Part shown: positions 14,615 through 30,296 of the stretch, piece after piece
How the letters are laid out: each line of letters opens with the position of its first letter
Numbering within the stretch: position 1 is the first letter of the stretch
NCBI GenBank assembly: GCA_964016885.1
Contig: OZ024745.1
Coordinates: forward strand, 106,082,001-106,146,000
Direction: 5' to 3'
Source: Eledone cirrhosa
Lineage: Eukaryota
Length of the DNA stretch: 64,000 nucleotides
Position numbers and translations under genes: made by a program
The notes under the pieces: model-generated
Told to the model about the DNA's origin: nothing
What the model saw: the letters and a program-made list of their open reading frames with translations, nothing else
Database searches by the model: none

Positions 14615-17600
14615 ATGACCCTCCCAAAGTATAACAATATCGGTTTCAACACACGTTTTCAGATAAAGGATCTTTTTCTAAACAAATTCAGAAACGAAAT
14701 ATCGTAAGCCTTACCCGAGGTAACAAGATACTGAAAGCCACCATGTTCTTTTGTCTACGAAATACAATAACATCTCGACAACTACACTTCATAAAAGAAT
14801 GTGCCTCATCCCGAGTTTACACCAACACCATCAACACCGATAAGAAGATTACAACTTACTAAAAGACAAGCAGATAGGCTAAAACGAACACTAATTCTAA
14901 ACATAAAAAAGAAGATTTACAGAGAATTAAGTCATCAAGAAAAACATAAGCGTAACCTAATATAAGAAATAACTAAGATCACCACACCAAGAGAAAAATT
15001 ACAATACATTATACGGGAAGAAAATTACATCATCCAAGAATGCAACAAACACTTTAACAAGAAATTAAAGTAGCTCAAACAGATGAAACTAAACCAAGAA
15101 ACTTCAGAGAATAGAGATAAATATCCAGAAAGAATTGATGGTATAAACTTGGCCGACATCTCATTAACGCATGAATTCAACAATAACAACACAAATATAT
15201 ACGGCAACCCTACAGTAGACCCTGGCGAACTATCCATATTACAGCTACCACCTAAATATGCCACATATAATAAGGTAAATATGATAAGACTCTTGTCAGA
15301 AATAGAAAAATTATTTACAAAATTACGTTGGAGCCACAAAAACAACAACAAGAACAAAAACAAAAGTAACAACATACGCACACACACACATATACAACAC
15401 ATATCCCAACAACAACAGACACACAGGCACAGACAACGATAACAACAACAACACACACAACAACAATAATAACATACTCTGAGACAACAACATACACAGA
15501 GACACAAACAATAACAACAACACACACAACAATAATAACAACAACACACATCAATAACACAAATCAACAACACACAGCAACAACAACACACAACAACAAC
15601 AACAACACCCACACATCTTATGCCTCTCACCACCACCACAATCTTAACAGACACACAGACACAGAAAACAGATAATGACAGTAACACAGAAGTAAGGGAA
15701 GGTATTGCGATTGAAATAAGAAGGGAGACTACCGATACTGACAGAGAAAATAACCAGGACGAACACACAGACACACAAAATAGAGTAGATAATAACAATG
15801 AGCCAGACGAAAGACACAGGATTAATAATGAGTGACATAGAAACAACCATGAGGCTGTTGGTGAAAATAGAAACAACACAACTAACAATAGCAACAGCAA
15901 TAGTACACATAAAGCAGCAGCCTGGAACTCTACTTTTTATAACCCTTCGGATATGTCCTTCGACCTACGACGAGTCCACGCCAAGACTTTAGCTTTTAAC
16001 AAACGCACGCAATTGCCGTCGCAGGTCGATGAACAAACAGAAGCACAATTTAGTATAGCTAAATATAAACTTAGAAATATTATAAAACAGTATAGCAAGA
16101 AGAAAAATAGAATGAAAGCCCAGCAGCCGGGAGAAAAATCTGCAAATGGCTTGCGTAAGCTCATGCAGCGCACACGTAATGGAGAGATTGTATGCTTTCC
16201 AACAGACAAGTCTGGCAGAATGTCGGTTGACAGTCTGTCAAACTACATCCAGGCAATGCAACCCACATCACTAACACAAGAGAAGTAACACCACAAGAAC
16301 ATGAGGATAGGGCGAAAACCCCCAATGTTCATATGATGATGTGGACAAACATAATGCAGCCTAATAAACGGACAGCCAACAACTTCCAGGCCTGGAACAA
16401 TGACGTTCCAGCGTTGTATGGGCTTCGAAAAGACCATAAGACGAACAGTGACCCAGTCACAGGACAACCAACATGGGCAGTCTGTGGAGCTAACATTGCT
16501 AATAACCACAGACTTTCTTACTTCCTCTCCCTGATCATACGCCCCATCATTGAAATGTCCCCGGATATATGTGACAGCACGGAGGACCTCCTCAGCAGAA
16601 TCAGCGAAAATAACCGATCTAGGGACCTAACAGACTGTATAATAGGTAGTATGGATGTTGTGTCCCTATATCCATCCATTGACGTGGATTTTGCTGTGGA
16701 GAAATGCGTAGGAATGATCAGGGAGAGCAATGTTGAATTCCGTGGGATTGATACCAGTGAGCTGGGACTCCTACTTAAACTTACTTATAGTAATGATTAT
16801 CTAGATATGTATGACCTTAGCAACCTCTGCCCCACAAGACCAGCAAGAAGCAGACCACCTACCATTACTTCAATGGCCAAGAAAACCCGCACGGAAAGAT
16901 GGACCAGAGCCATACGGACCCCGAAAACCACGATCAAATAATGAAAATGATTGCACATGCGGTGGAGGTCTGTATAAAACTAACCCTTAAGGAACATATG
17001 TTCAAATTTAATGGAAAAACATATGCCCAAGAGGAGGGAGCAGCCATTGGTGTTAGCATTGCAGGTGACATAGCTAATCTATTCATGGTATGGTGGGATA
17101 ATAAACTTAAAGAACAATTAGAAAACAGCAACCGCTTAACCCTCATAATGTACTCTCGCTACGTTGATGATATAAACATCGTAGTAAAAACACCCCCACT
17201 AGAGAACAGTCAGGAATTAGAGAAAAACACCATGGAAAGCATCCTGCAAATAGCTAACTCCATCCACCAGAGTATTAGAGTTACTATAGACTACCCAAGC
17301 AAACACCCCAACCATCGATTACCTGTACTAGACACATAGCTCTGGTTAGACACCATTAATAACAAAAAACAAATCCTCCATTCCCATTATGCCAAACCCA
17401 TGACTTCCAAATATCTGATCCACCGAAACTCAGCTGTTTCTGATCACACAAAAATCAACATACTGATTGCGGATTTGGTACGGGTGATGAGAAACGTGTC
17501 CCGCATGTGCTACATCAAAGAACTAGAGAGACACATACAACACTTCATCCACTGTATGCAGTTCTCTGGTTACAATCAGAGAGGTAAAATCAGAGTATAT

Positions 17601-18284
17601 AGAGGAGCCAGAATCAAATGGGAAAAAATGGTAAATAACGATGCATATAGAACCTGCCACTTGTATAGGAGCAAATTTGGGAATAGAATAGAAAGAACTA
17701 GGAATATGGTTAATAGAATAAACTCATGGTATGATAACAATAAATACCAGAGTGTAATATTCATCAATACAACCCCTAGAGGTGAATTAGCTTACAAATT
17801 TAGAAGGACCCTAGATAAACTTAAATTTAATATTAAGATAGTAGAAAGACCAGGTACCTCCATAAAAACAATTATTAGTAATACATACCCTTTTCAAATA
17901 CCTCCCTGTGTAGATAAGGAATGAATAATCTGTAAACTAAACCCCCATATTAACTGTAAAACTAGAAACATAGTATATAGAATAAGATGTACTGAAGGAC
18001 AATGTAAAGATAAGAATATAGTTAACATAGGTGAGACAGCTCGTAGTACAGGAGAACGGTTAAATAAACACTGGCGAGAGCTTCAAGATAGAAAAGAATC
18101 ATCAATACTCCACCAACAGGCTAAAATAGAACATAAGAGCAAATTAGAGAACATAGAAATAAAAATCTACACACCGAAAAGACGCAATGTTTAGACAAAT
18201 CACAGAGGCAATAAACGTAAATGTACTCCAACCAAAATTAAATAGAAAACATGAATGGAATAGCAACACCACAACTTACAATTG
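14615..18284 (+). pseudogene. PLE1 RT + GIY-YIG ORF, disrupted by stops and frameshifts
   Basis: ATG at 14615 (MTLPKYNNI); ORF pieces 15953-16288, 16333-16941, 16899-17339, 17400-17924; ends PKLNRKHEW. Confidence 0.85.
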
Positions 18285-18482
18285 AGGACAAAATGAAAAC
18301 ACACACGCATAGAAAAAAATAACCAACCAGTAACATGTAAATAAACAAATAAATAAACAAATAAAAATACACACAGACACCCGGATCTAACACATGCGCA
18401 AACTAAGCACACAACACACACAAAAACAAGATGGCGTAGGACAGAACAAAGGAGAGGCACAAAACAAAGAAAATAATCCCCA

Positions 18483-18525
18483 GTCACTGAAGAGGTCACA
18501 TAATGTGTGACGAAAGAACTTTGAC
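18483..18525 (+). ncRNA. Minimal type I HHR of PLE1
   Basis: GTCA-CTGAAGA-G-GTCACA TAATG TGTGAC-GAAA-GAACTT-TGAC. Confidence 0.75.
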
Positions 18526-18663
18526 AATATATGAACAACCGTCCGGTTGTGGAACCAACCAACCAACCGGACATTTATAAATTTTTTGAACAAATCTTTT
18601 AATTTATAAATAATTGGAGTGAAAGCAACTGGTGCAACATGACCCTCCCAAAGTATAACAATA

Positions 18664-18732
<69 letters not shown>

Positions 18733-18735
<3 letters not shown>

Positions 18736-21705
18736 ATGAAACTATATTCATAAAACCATATTCTATTATATATATTTCAAGGGTACCAAAAACTTTTGTA
18801 CGCCTTTTTCAGATAAAATACAAAGTTTGTTTTCAAAATTTTGACATAACCAAGAAACAAAAAATACCTTAACGGTTCAAGTTTTTCCTGGATAGTGAAG
18901 AAAAAGAGAAGGAAAGTAATATATTTCAAATTATTAAGATAAGTATGCAAATGAGGTTGAAATATATGGCTGAAAAAACGTTATTTTTAGACGCTATGCA
19001 GAATTTAAATAATTAGGATATATGTATGTATAAGTAGGAAGAAGAAAAAAAAAGAAAGAAGAGCTTGTACTTACGTTAATTTAAAAGTAATTAACATTTT
19101 GCGGGAATGGTGGAATATCATTCCAGAATTTAAAATTTATTTAGCTATATTATAAGTTATAATATTGTATATATAATCAATTAGATTATATGAAGAATTA
19201 TGGTTGTAAGTAGATTTTATTTTATTACATTACAACCGGTTGTAAGTATATAAATATCTATATAGAGTAATACTTGTGCATGTATAAGTATTATAGAAAT
19301 AGAAATGTTACAATTTCTCATATGAATTACGAAGGATGATAATTATGAATTTTACATTAAAAAAACCGTAGTTTAAGTTGTAAGAGGAGAACAATTTTGT
19401 AGATTCAAATATTTTGTTCCAACATTGGAAATGTTTTCAGAATATTGTTAATTTAGCGAAGTAATATAGTTTTTCATACATATTATATTATAATATAATG
19501 TTTATGTTTGCTCGATTTAAAAGGAAAAGATAACTCCAATCTTGTTTGCTAACCGTTAAATTTGATGAAAAATTTACTCAGAAAATATATATAGAAAATT
19601 ATACATCATTTTGTGTGAGATTAATTTCAATTATATATTGTTTTAGTTGAAAGATGTGTGAAAGTTTGAAGATCAAAGAAGAGGGAAAAAAGCAATGTGA
19701 ATTTTGAAGAACTATCGTAAAGAGGATAACTTTCAGAATGTCAGTTAAAGGTTATCAATCTACATCTAAAAAAATATATTTATAGGAGTATCATTAAGAA
19801 AATAATGCCAAATGGTGAAAATAGTAAAAATATTAAAAATTAAAAATTAGAAGGAAGATCGTCTAAAAAACTTTAAATTCAAATGTTTAAAGAAAATACT
19901 TAGTAAATAATAGGATCATTTTAAAGGTGCATAAGATATAGTCAAGTGTAATAAATATCATGAATTAAAAATAATCTTGAAAGTGGAATTTTGGCGATGT
20001 CTGCAACAAGAAAATAATTCTGTTTTAAGATTAACAGAATTTTGACAGTTAATTATATAAAAAATTTCTTCGATACACAAGTTACATAATCTTGAGAAAG
20101 CCATATTTCGGTATGCAGGTGCTTTCGAAGTCGTTCCCCCAAGATATTGTTGTGCTTTAAATTCCAAATTAAATGTGAAAGTGAAGTGGAAGATTTTTTA
20201 TCGGATCTATTAAATGTGTGTTTATAGTTATACCAGCGTTCTTTGAATTTTGTAGAAGTGGCACCAATATAGTTAAATATTTTGTCCCTAGTTTTAACTG
20301 TGCATTTATATATTACGTTTTTGTCTAAGCAATTATTTTGTAAGAGGCAGTTTGATTTAATTCTAGTTACATTTTCTGGAGTTGTTATTCGGAACGGTAC
20401 TATTATTATGGATATTGTTGTTAGAAATATTATTATTGCTATCTTTGTTTGTTTGGTTAGGGTTTAAATTTAAGTTCCTATTATTAATTCTATTTATATT
20501 TCGTGCTATGTTCATAGTAGTAGAGTAGGATAGTTTTATAGTGTGTCGGTTAAAAAAGAGTGGTATCTGTGGGCTTTAGGAAAACACTTATTTAGTGCTT
20601 TAAAAAATAGTATTGCTAAAGGTGTTTTAACGCTTAATGAGAATGGGGGAGAGTACCAAATAATATTTCTAGTTCTAATTTTTTTGTTTGGTGTAGTATT
20701 TAAGTTAAATTGTTTATTGTTATTATAATTAATTCTAGGATGATTTGTCATGTTATTGTTATCTATGTATTTAATTTTGTTCGAGTATCCGGCTCAATGT
20801 AAAGCTTCATTGTAATATTCTGCCTTATTATCAAAAATATTTTTATTAGCAGAGATGCATGAAATCCGTTGTTGGACGCTATTGACAATAGTGTTTTTTT
20901 TATATATCTAGGATGATTAGAATTGAAACTTATGTAACGTAGATTTTCGTTAATTTTATGGACTGGATAATAAAGACCTGTGCTAAGGTTTAAGGTTACA
21001 TCTAAGAAGTTAACGATTTTGTAATTATTCTAGATTTCTAAATTAAGGTTGTAGTTGTTGAAAAATTGTATTGTGGATTTCCTTTTCCTATTAATTTCAC
21101 TATTGTTATGGTTTTCAATTAAAAGTAACATATCGTCGCGATATAAACCTCCGGTCATCTCTGGCCTTTTCCTATGCAGTACTATATTAATAAATAATCC
21201 AACGCGGTCCGTTACTTGCGCCGAGTCAGATGATCCCATAGTGATATCCAAATTGTTTTTACTGTCGGCTATTGTCCAGAGATGATTATTAAATTCTATT
21301 AGGGTTTTACGTGATATTAGAATTATATTCATTTCTTCACTAGATAGGTCTGTATGTTTAGACGTGTAGATAATTGCCTTATTAAGTAAGCTAGGGGTAA
21401 TAGAGGAATAGTAATTTGCAATATCCATTTGAATGAATTTTTGCTTATGTTTTAATTTTATGTTATTAAACCAATCTATAACTTCATTAGTACCGTTCCA
21501 TAGTTTAAGGTGTGATTTTTCTTTAAGTAGTAGTATAATTCTATCTAATATATGCTTGCTAATTAGGCCTAAGTCAGATTTAGATGGTGCGTTGAGTCTG
21601 ACTGGGAGTTCAATTTCAAGATTTATTCAGGTTAATCTTCAGTTTTCTGGGTATAAAGGGTTCGGGCCTATTTTGAATGCCTAATTTATATATATATATT
21701 AATAA
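18733..21705 (-). mobile_element. 5'-truncated PLE2, Naiad-like
   Basis: DIANYYSSI, DITMGSSDSAQVTD, GLYRDD, IWYSPPFS, NVIYKC..YIG, LCNLC, SCCRH; AT-rich tail ends in a decayed family A HHR at about 18760-18820 (contiguity of tail assumed). Confidence 0.85.
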
Positions 21706-21873
21706 TAAAAAGAACTAAATGTTAGGTCTTCATTACGTTTATTGAGTAGTGACGCGCATTTCGCGATTGATCAGCTCAAGGTTCGATCTATATCGATATG
21801 GCCCGACTTTGGAATTAAAAGCTCCTCGCACTTCTGTTGAAGCTACAGTAACTGGACGTTACAATCCCTAAAC

Positions 21874-21906
<33 letters not shown>

Positions 21907-23567
21907 AGTGTGTGTCTGCGTGCTTATGTATGAGTGTGTGTACGTACACATTCATACGCACATACTTATATGCCCATACGCACACACACACACATACATA
22001 TATATGTGGTGTACATGTGTGTATGTGTGTATGTATATGTGCGTATGTATATTTATATATATATATGTATTTTGGGTGTTTTTACTGACTCACCTGATTA
22101 CCGATTGTTTAATGTTAGCTGTATATTAATTTTTGTTTATGAGCATAATTGATTTGTGTAATATATCAATAATTTGTATGTCTTTATTGATTGATTTAAT
22201 GATTGTTATGTCATTAAACTGATGAAATTGTTCAACTTTTGCCATTTCACTACCGAATTCCATACTCTGCAACTGATTAACTCCAGAAAATCTAGAGTAA
22301 TGGTGGTCCATGGGTAGAAAGATTTTGAGAACCACTGGTCTAAAGCAAAGTTATTATCTATTTGGTTACGCACACCTACGCATATATAAATAGGGAGAAT
22401 GCTTGGAATCTATCTAAACAAGTAATTATATTACTATTCCACTTATCGGTTCTTACTGTGCAAGAAAGAAAACTGTTCTTAGTTTGTTATTTAAATAAAT
22501 GTCCACGAATTTATATGGATAAAATGAATCTGAGAAAAGTTAATCTTTTTCTCTGGATAGATACTTGCTATGGGTAAGGGAATTTGCTTACAAAGTTAAC
22601 GTATTCTGGATTTGGTACACCAATAGCTTGCTATATCTAAACCAATTGTTTCCAACTCAACGATTCAAAAGGGCTATTAAAGCGGAGGAAAATTACAAAG
22701 GTTGAAGAAAATATCAGTCACAAAAATTGTTCTGCCACTGATCAACGAAATGTAGTTTGCGGGCTGCTTGTTTGAGACCCATGATTTAGAGGGATACCTG
22801 CCATAGCTCAGGTTATAACTAGTGTATGATTTTTTTCTTATTTACTTTTACTTCCAGTCACTTGTAGAACAGTATTTATGAAGGGGAATCTCAGACCAGT
22901 AACATTGTGTGCGGTTGACACTCAAATTAAAGATTGTTTGATAAATGTTTGCTGAAAACGCTTGAGGTGGGAATTAAATGTAGTATTCATTTCTATACTT
23001 GTTTTGTTTTTTTGTTTTTTTGTTGTTTATTTTTATTTTTTTATTTTTGTAAAGAATATATTTAGCGTGGAATATGTGAGGTTAATGGCGGAAGTAAAGC
23101 CACATGGTTAACTATTTCAGAAGAGCAGATGACATCGTTGAAGCAGACAAAAAGAAAAGAGAGTAAGCTTAGAATGTTTGCGTTTGAGATTGTAACGTGT
23201 TGATTCATAAATCATTTCCATTATTTGATGTCCTCTCTTGGATGTGAACTAAAACATTAATGCACACATATTTTCAGAAGGTAGTCTCCATAAATCCATG
23301 CAAACGTTTCAGGGACAATCAAATATAAATTTAAGTTTAATTCCATTACACAGGACATAAAACTCCCAATGAGCCACCAAAATATCTGTAGGGGCCACTG
23401 ATGATCCACTCAAATAACGGAGTGCATTACTGGTCTAAGATCTTTGTGTGTGTGAAATTTGGCGTGCCTATGTTCATCGGCTAACCCTAGACCTAAGGAT
23501 TTATTCAATATCCAAGGTACCCAAAATTCTATTCTTGGATTATTATACTTATTCTTATTTTATCTAT

Positions 23568-23783
23568 AATGATTTCTTATATAGGCACAAAGCCAGCAAT
23601 TTTGGGCGAGGGGTAAGTCGATTAAATCGACCCCAGTGCGTGACAGGTACTTTATTTTTGCGACCCCGTAAGGCTGAAAGGCAAAGTTGACCTCGGAGGG
23701 ATTTGAACTCAGATCATATAGGACCATAACTCTATGCTGCAAAGCATGGCGTCTGACCCTCTACCGATACTGCCAATCCACCG
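23568..23783 (-). mobile_element. tRNA-derived SINE family 1
   Basis: Reverse complement match to 7503-7692. Confidence 0.85.
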
Positions 23784-23799
23784 AAAGTGAATCGTACAA

Positions 23800-24372
23800 T
23801 CTGACATTATGTTGTTATAGAAATTCTTCCATGGTAATGTTGTTGATATAGAAGCTATTGTTAATGTTTTCTGTTGTTATGGACATTGATGTTTTTGCTG
23901 TTGATGTTGCAACATTTAGTAATGTTGATATCATTATTATTGTTGCTGTTGCTATCCCTGTTGCTGTTTCTTGCTGCTATTGCTGGTATTTGTTGCTGTT
24001 GTTGTTTATGTTGCAGATGTTGTTGTTGTTGATGCTGTAGTGCTGTTAAAGTTATTGTACATATTCTCAGTAGTGTTGATATTCTTATTGCAACCGTTAT
24101 CTTTTGTCATCCTCGTCTTCATCATCATTGTCGCCTTCACCACCGCCATCATCATGATCATCATCATCATCATCACCGTAACCATAATCATCATCAACAT
24201 AACCATAATCACATCATAACCATAATCACATCATAACCATAATCATCATCATGACCAAAATCATCATCGTAAACATAATCACCATCATCATCACCACCAC
24301 CGCCATCATCATCATCGTCATCATCATCATCATGTTTCTCAATGGCATTATGCCCCCGCATCATCATCATAG
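23800..24372. repeat. Degenerate (GTT)n / (CAT)n trinucleotide tract
   Basis: Direct reading. Confidence 0.85.
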
Positions 24373-25149
24373 CTGGTTTTGTTGTTCAATATTTTGAAAT
24401 TTGAAAACTTTCTACTGTTGGAGGTAGAAAGCTAGATGTGAGAAGACGATACCATATATTTCATCACTCATTAAGCAAGAAAGCAAAGATGTGTTAAAAT
24501 ATCTAAAAGTAAGAAAAGAATAAAACAAAACAATGAATCAATAAATAAATAAATAAACAAATAAACTATCGCTTTTTTAAACATCTAACACCAAGCATAA
24601 ACATAAAGAAAAGAAAATGTTCACTATTTGTGAAAGCTTACAGAAGAATGTGGGTGTTTATCTGCAGGAGAGGAGCTGTAATGGGAATATCTTTCGAATG
24701 AATCCGAAATCACCAAAGTTCAAAGAACTCCAGCAAAGCGAAGCAAACGAAAAAGAAGAACAAATTGAAAAAAGATAACAACGAAATTATAGGCAAATTC
24801 TTGGTCTCGGCAGCTTTGGTTACTCTGTAAATAGTTTTGTGAAATAGTAAGAGGGATGATCAAATCATAAAACAGAAATGTTTGAAAAATAAATGACAGA
24901 AGAGAGACGAAGAGGGAAGTAGTTAAAAACAAAGACGCAGCGAAAGAAGGGGTGGGGGAAAAGAAGATTTAGACAACGAGAGTAGGAATATTGAACGACG
25001 TGAGAGAAAAAGAGAGAGGTGGAGAGAAGAAACGTAACTGTTAATAAAATAGATGCTATAGGAATGTATGTTAAGATGAATAGAAAAGTTATCTTACTTT
25101 TTGTTCATGCACACGTGTGTATATAATCTTTATATGTATATATATATAG

Positions 25150-25423
25150 TGGAGCATGTGGCCTAGTGGTAAGAGTGATGGACTTACGATCATAATGTCG
25201 TGGGCTCGATTCCTGGGTTGCGTGTTGTGTTCTTGAGCAAAACAATTCATTTCAGGTTGCTCCAGTATACTCCGCTGAAAATGAGTACCAGCAATAGCTG
25301 GAGGTTTAACTCTGCGATGGACTGGCGTCCTGTGCAGGAGGGGAGTCTTGTACTCTCAGTCGCTTCACGCCATGAAACCGGGATAAGTACCGGCCAAATG
25401 CGCCTTCTGGCTTAAGACAGACT

Positions 25424-25426
<3 letters not shown>
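25150..25426 (+). mobile_element. tRNA-derived SINE family 2, complete, V-domain-like middle
   Basis: GTGGCCTAGTGG A-box, GCTCGATTCC B-box, CTGCGATGGACTGGCGTCCTGTGCAGG, GAAACCGGGATAAG; fragments at 31894-31965 (+) and 32654-32743 (-). Confidence 0.85.
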
Positions 25427-25462
<36 letters not shown>

Positions 25463-25554
25463 TTATATATATATATATTTATATATATATATATATATAT
25501 ATATACGATAGTATATATATATATATATATACGATAGTATATATATATATATAT

Positions 25555-25952
25555 ATACGATAGTAAACAAATGGAAACTATATTTATAAAACCATATTTA
25601 TTTCATTATACATATTTCAGGGATACCATATTAAAAATATGGCATGCCTTCGTCAGATAAAATACAATATATAAACTGTTTTATAAATAATTTTGACGTA
25701 CCATAAATATAAGCCACCATTAAGGTAGGAAGCTGGCTTGGTAGTCTAATATGGTATCCCTGAAATATGTATAATGAAATAAATATGGTTTTATAAATAT
25801 AGTTTTATAAATATGGTTTTATAAATATGGTTTTATAAATATAGTTTCCATTTGTTTACTATCGTATATCTACTCCAAAACTTGTCGAGTGCTTTATATC
25901 GGTTATAAAATATTTACTTGTTGTAACCCAACAATTTTAAATAAAACTTTTG
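25555..25952. repeat. Family A fold-back insert with HHR (minus strand, 25599-25664)
   Basis: Inverted repeat 25555-25633 / 25748-25867; reverse complement TATTTTAT-CTGACGA..GAAA-TATGTATA-ATGAAATA. Confidence 0.85.
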
Positions 25953-25953
25953 C

Positions 25954-26008
<55 letters not shown>

Positions 26009-26116
26009 TAAGACTCCAGTTGCATTTTCGATTTCATCTTTTTTTCTTTATACTTTCACTCGTGTAGGACACCTCGGTTATTTTGCATTTTGTAAAAAAA
26101 AACCTCACTTTCTAAT

Positions 26117-26222
<106 letters not shown>

Positions 26223-26344
26223 TTACCTGGGTCCAGTATTTTCTTACCTCATATGAGTGCTAAAGCTACAAACCGAATAAGCATACACGCTGGCTTGGCC
26301 GTATACTAAAGCTTCGTCTATGCTGTACTAAAATTTATATAATA

Positions 26345-26422
<78 letters not shown>

Positions 26423-26464
26423 GTGTATATATATATATATATGTATATATATGTGTGTGTGTGT

Positions 26465-26501
<37 letters not shown>

Positions 26502-26504
<3 letters not shown>

Positions 26505-26692
26505 CGAAGGAAGTGTGGTAAGGAACCAGGTGGACTATAACGCACCAGAGTACTCGATACTTATAAATAGTAGAGTGGGTAATAGGAAAAGAGTCAGGGC
26601 CCCGACAGCTGAACTCCGGCCGTTTTGACAGCTAGCTCTGAATGCTGTCGAAACGACCGTAGTTCAGCCGTCGGGGTCCTGGCTCTTTTCCT
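26502..26692. repeat. Family B fold-back insert with HHR 3' half
   Basis: Inverted repeat 26582-26692; homologous to 32383-32621, 57371-57574 and the remnant 10843-10891. Confidence 0.85.
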
Positions 26693-26695
26693 ATA

Positions 26696-26871
<176 letters not shown>

Positions 26872-26944
26872 AATATATATGTTTCTCTGTGTGCGCGCGT
26901 ATATACACATATGTATATATATGCATTTATATATGTACATATAG

Positions 26945-26985
<41 letters not shown>

Positions 26986-27573
26986 TTATCTATATATATA
27001 TTTATATATATAAATATATATATGTTTCTGTGTGTGTGTGCGTATACTCACATATATATATATATACAAATGAATATATGATAGGGGTAAATACTTATAC
27101 AAGTATACAAGTGTTTGCATTGCAAATGACCAACTTAGCTAGATTGAAAAATACTAATTAAAATAATACGTTTGCCTGTCTCTATTTAAAATAATAAATC
27201 AATAAAAACAAACCTATATTGGCGATAGCCGTGATACCTGGACAAATTTTAAATTAAGTGAAAGTTCCCATTCCTGTGCTCTTCTGCAGGTATACAGAAA
27301 TTGGTAATTTTCACTTCAAAATACTTAAGAAGACTGTGAGGAATGTGTTGCTGAACGCACATGTCCCATACTCGTAAAAGACTATTTGAGTTTATAACTC
27401 TATATATAATATTCTCGGCTCCATACGTGAGCTAATTTTTTGTCCCATAAAACCGGCTGCTATTTTTAGCGGCGCGAGTATGGGACGTGCTAGGCACTGT
27501 AACAGATGTGCGTTCATCAACACATTTCTCTCAGTCTCACTTACTTTAATTTTCAGCAAACAGTGGGGGATAA

Positions 27574-27618
27574 AGCTGACAGAGCTCTGTTTCGCACTTT
27601 TTGCTGCTTATCAAAGCT
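27574..27618 (-). ncRNA. Type I HHR, U3-A8 core variant
   Basis: AGCT-TTGATAA-GCA..TGC-GAAA-CAGAGCTCTG-TC-AGCT; 3' half duplicated at about 27895-27925. Confidence 0.7.
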
Positions 27619-27943
27619 AACTACTCCGCCTGTTTGCAGAAAATCCTGAACGTTTGATTCTTATAGAATTCTAGTAATAATCAGGAACTTATTATACAGA
27701 GCGGTTGTTGGTCAAGCAGAAATTGAAAATTAGAATTGGTGCTCTGAAATAGCGATATATATATATATGAATGTATATATAGTGTATTTTGCAATACACT
27801 GTATGCTTAATTAAAAGCATTTCGAAGACTTTACGCTATTGTTTTAGAGTAGTGACAGTCTCACTTACTTTAATGTTCAACAAACAGGGGAGATAAAGCT
27901 GACAGAGCTCTGTTTCGCACTTTTGAAAGCTGGTCGTACTTAT

Positions 27944-28081
<138 letters not shown>

Positions 28082-29355
28082 AATGGTGGATATTTGATTG
28101 CCTTGCTACAAAGTCACCAATTCTCAAAGAATCTTCTCGAAATTGGCCATTGGAATCCAGATAACTTCTAGGATACGCTATGTCCAATATAGTCCCAACG
28201 CCAAATTTTATGTAATAAGTATGGATATAAGAAATGAAAAAAACGGAAATTTCTGATGCCGTTTGAGAGAAACAGTTGAAAATAGTCGTTTTGATGCATA
28301 ATATTTTCATTTATTGGAATGAAAATACATTCTCTTTGATTAGTGCATTTCTCATCTTTTACCATGAATCTATTTCTCTTCAAATAGCAATTCCTTTCGC
28401 GGTCACTCTATTTATTCACTTTTTCTATTTATCTACTGCACACCCAATTTTCTCAGCCCCTATACTATATGTGTGTATATGCATACTAATGTATGAATTC
28501 ACATATATGCATATGTATCTGTGTGTTTGAGAATGAATATGTATGCGCCTATGCGTCTTTGTAGATCTGTAAAGGAATATATACATATGTGGTTCTATAT
28601 TTGTTTCATTGGTGTTTTTATATGAAGATATATATGCATGGCTGTTCTGCGTGGACGTATGAGCGTGTATGTATGGATTTGTATGTACACCTTAGGTGTT
28701 AGCGTGTGTTTCTATGACATTCTTTAGAGAGTTCATACGTGTAAATGTTTCTAAGTAGGGGATATATATCTGCATTTTGATGTTTATGAAAGCGTAATTG
28801 AAAATGTAAGGATTTCTTTGCGTATGTTTTCTCTGAATATATGTTTATATGTGTGTGTGCTTATCAGTAATTGCTAACATTTGTGTGTGTTGCCGCAAAT
28901 GTTAGAGTGTTTCTTTATCGGTGATTATTTAAAGAAATTCTTTAAAAATCTATAAATTACCTCATGTAAGTTTAAGACAATAACATCCTATACATTCGAC
29001 ACACAGGCAACGCTCGTTTCTATTGCTGGCTACGCTATATATGTATGTATGCATAAAGAAATCCAGAAAATGTATGCATGTTAAGAGGGAAGTGGATGTA
29101 ATACAAAGGTGTAGAGAAAGATATAGATTCTATTGTTTGTGAAGGGAAAACGATTATAAAAAGAAACAAGTAGAGCAAAGCATAAAAACAGATGCAAAGC
29201 AGGTGGTGGTATCAAAGGAATAGAGTGAAGTAGAAATCACATCGAGATAGATGTACCGAGAAAAACGTATATATATATATATATATATATATACATTTAT
29301 ATATATTAATATATATGCATATATATTAATATATATATATATGCATATATATACT

Positions 29356-29430
<75 letters not shown>

Positions 29431-29485
29431 ACATACCTATATATATTAATATATATATACATACATACATACATATATATATATT

Positions 29486-29519
<34 letters not shown>

Positions 29520-29559
29520 TACACACACACACACAGATATATATATATAGAGAGAGAGA

Positions 29560-29876
<317 letters not shown>

Positions 29877-30063
29877 TATATATGCATATATATACACACA
29901 CATATATATATGATTATAATATATATACATATATATATGCATATATATATATATATATACATATATATACATAATATATATACACATATATATATACATA
30001 TATATATATAAATATATGTATGTATATATGTATATATATACATACATTTATATACGTATATAT

Positions 30064-30201
<138 letters not shown>

Positions 30202-30296
30202 TAATAATTATAAATTTGAAGACTAAAATCGAAAGAGGGCTCGATAAGGACAAATATATATCAAATATTTAAGAACCCTAGAGCAAATATTTGTTA

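Larger units (their letters stand above)
14491..18665 (+). mobile_element. Full-length Penelope-like element (PLE1) with direct terminal repeats
   Basis: Repeats 14491-14641 / 18531-18665; RT motifs TDKSG, DVVSLYPSI, GAAIG, YSRYVDD, LPVLD; GIY-YIG-like NIVYRIRC..NIGETARS..ERLNKH; 3' HHR. Confidence 0.92.

Noticed and set aside
15025-15900. 291-aa Cys/Val-rich minus-strand ORF
   Set aside because: Antisense shadow of the CAA/ACA-rich tract of PLE1.
23395-23430. Isolated CTGATGA motifs (also 63967-63975 minus)
   Set aside because: No correctly placed GAAA or stems.
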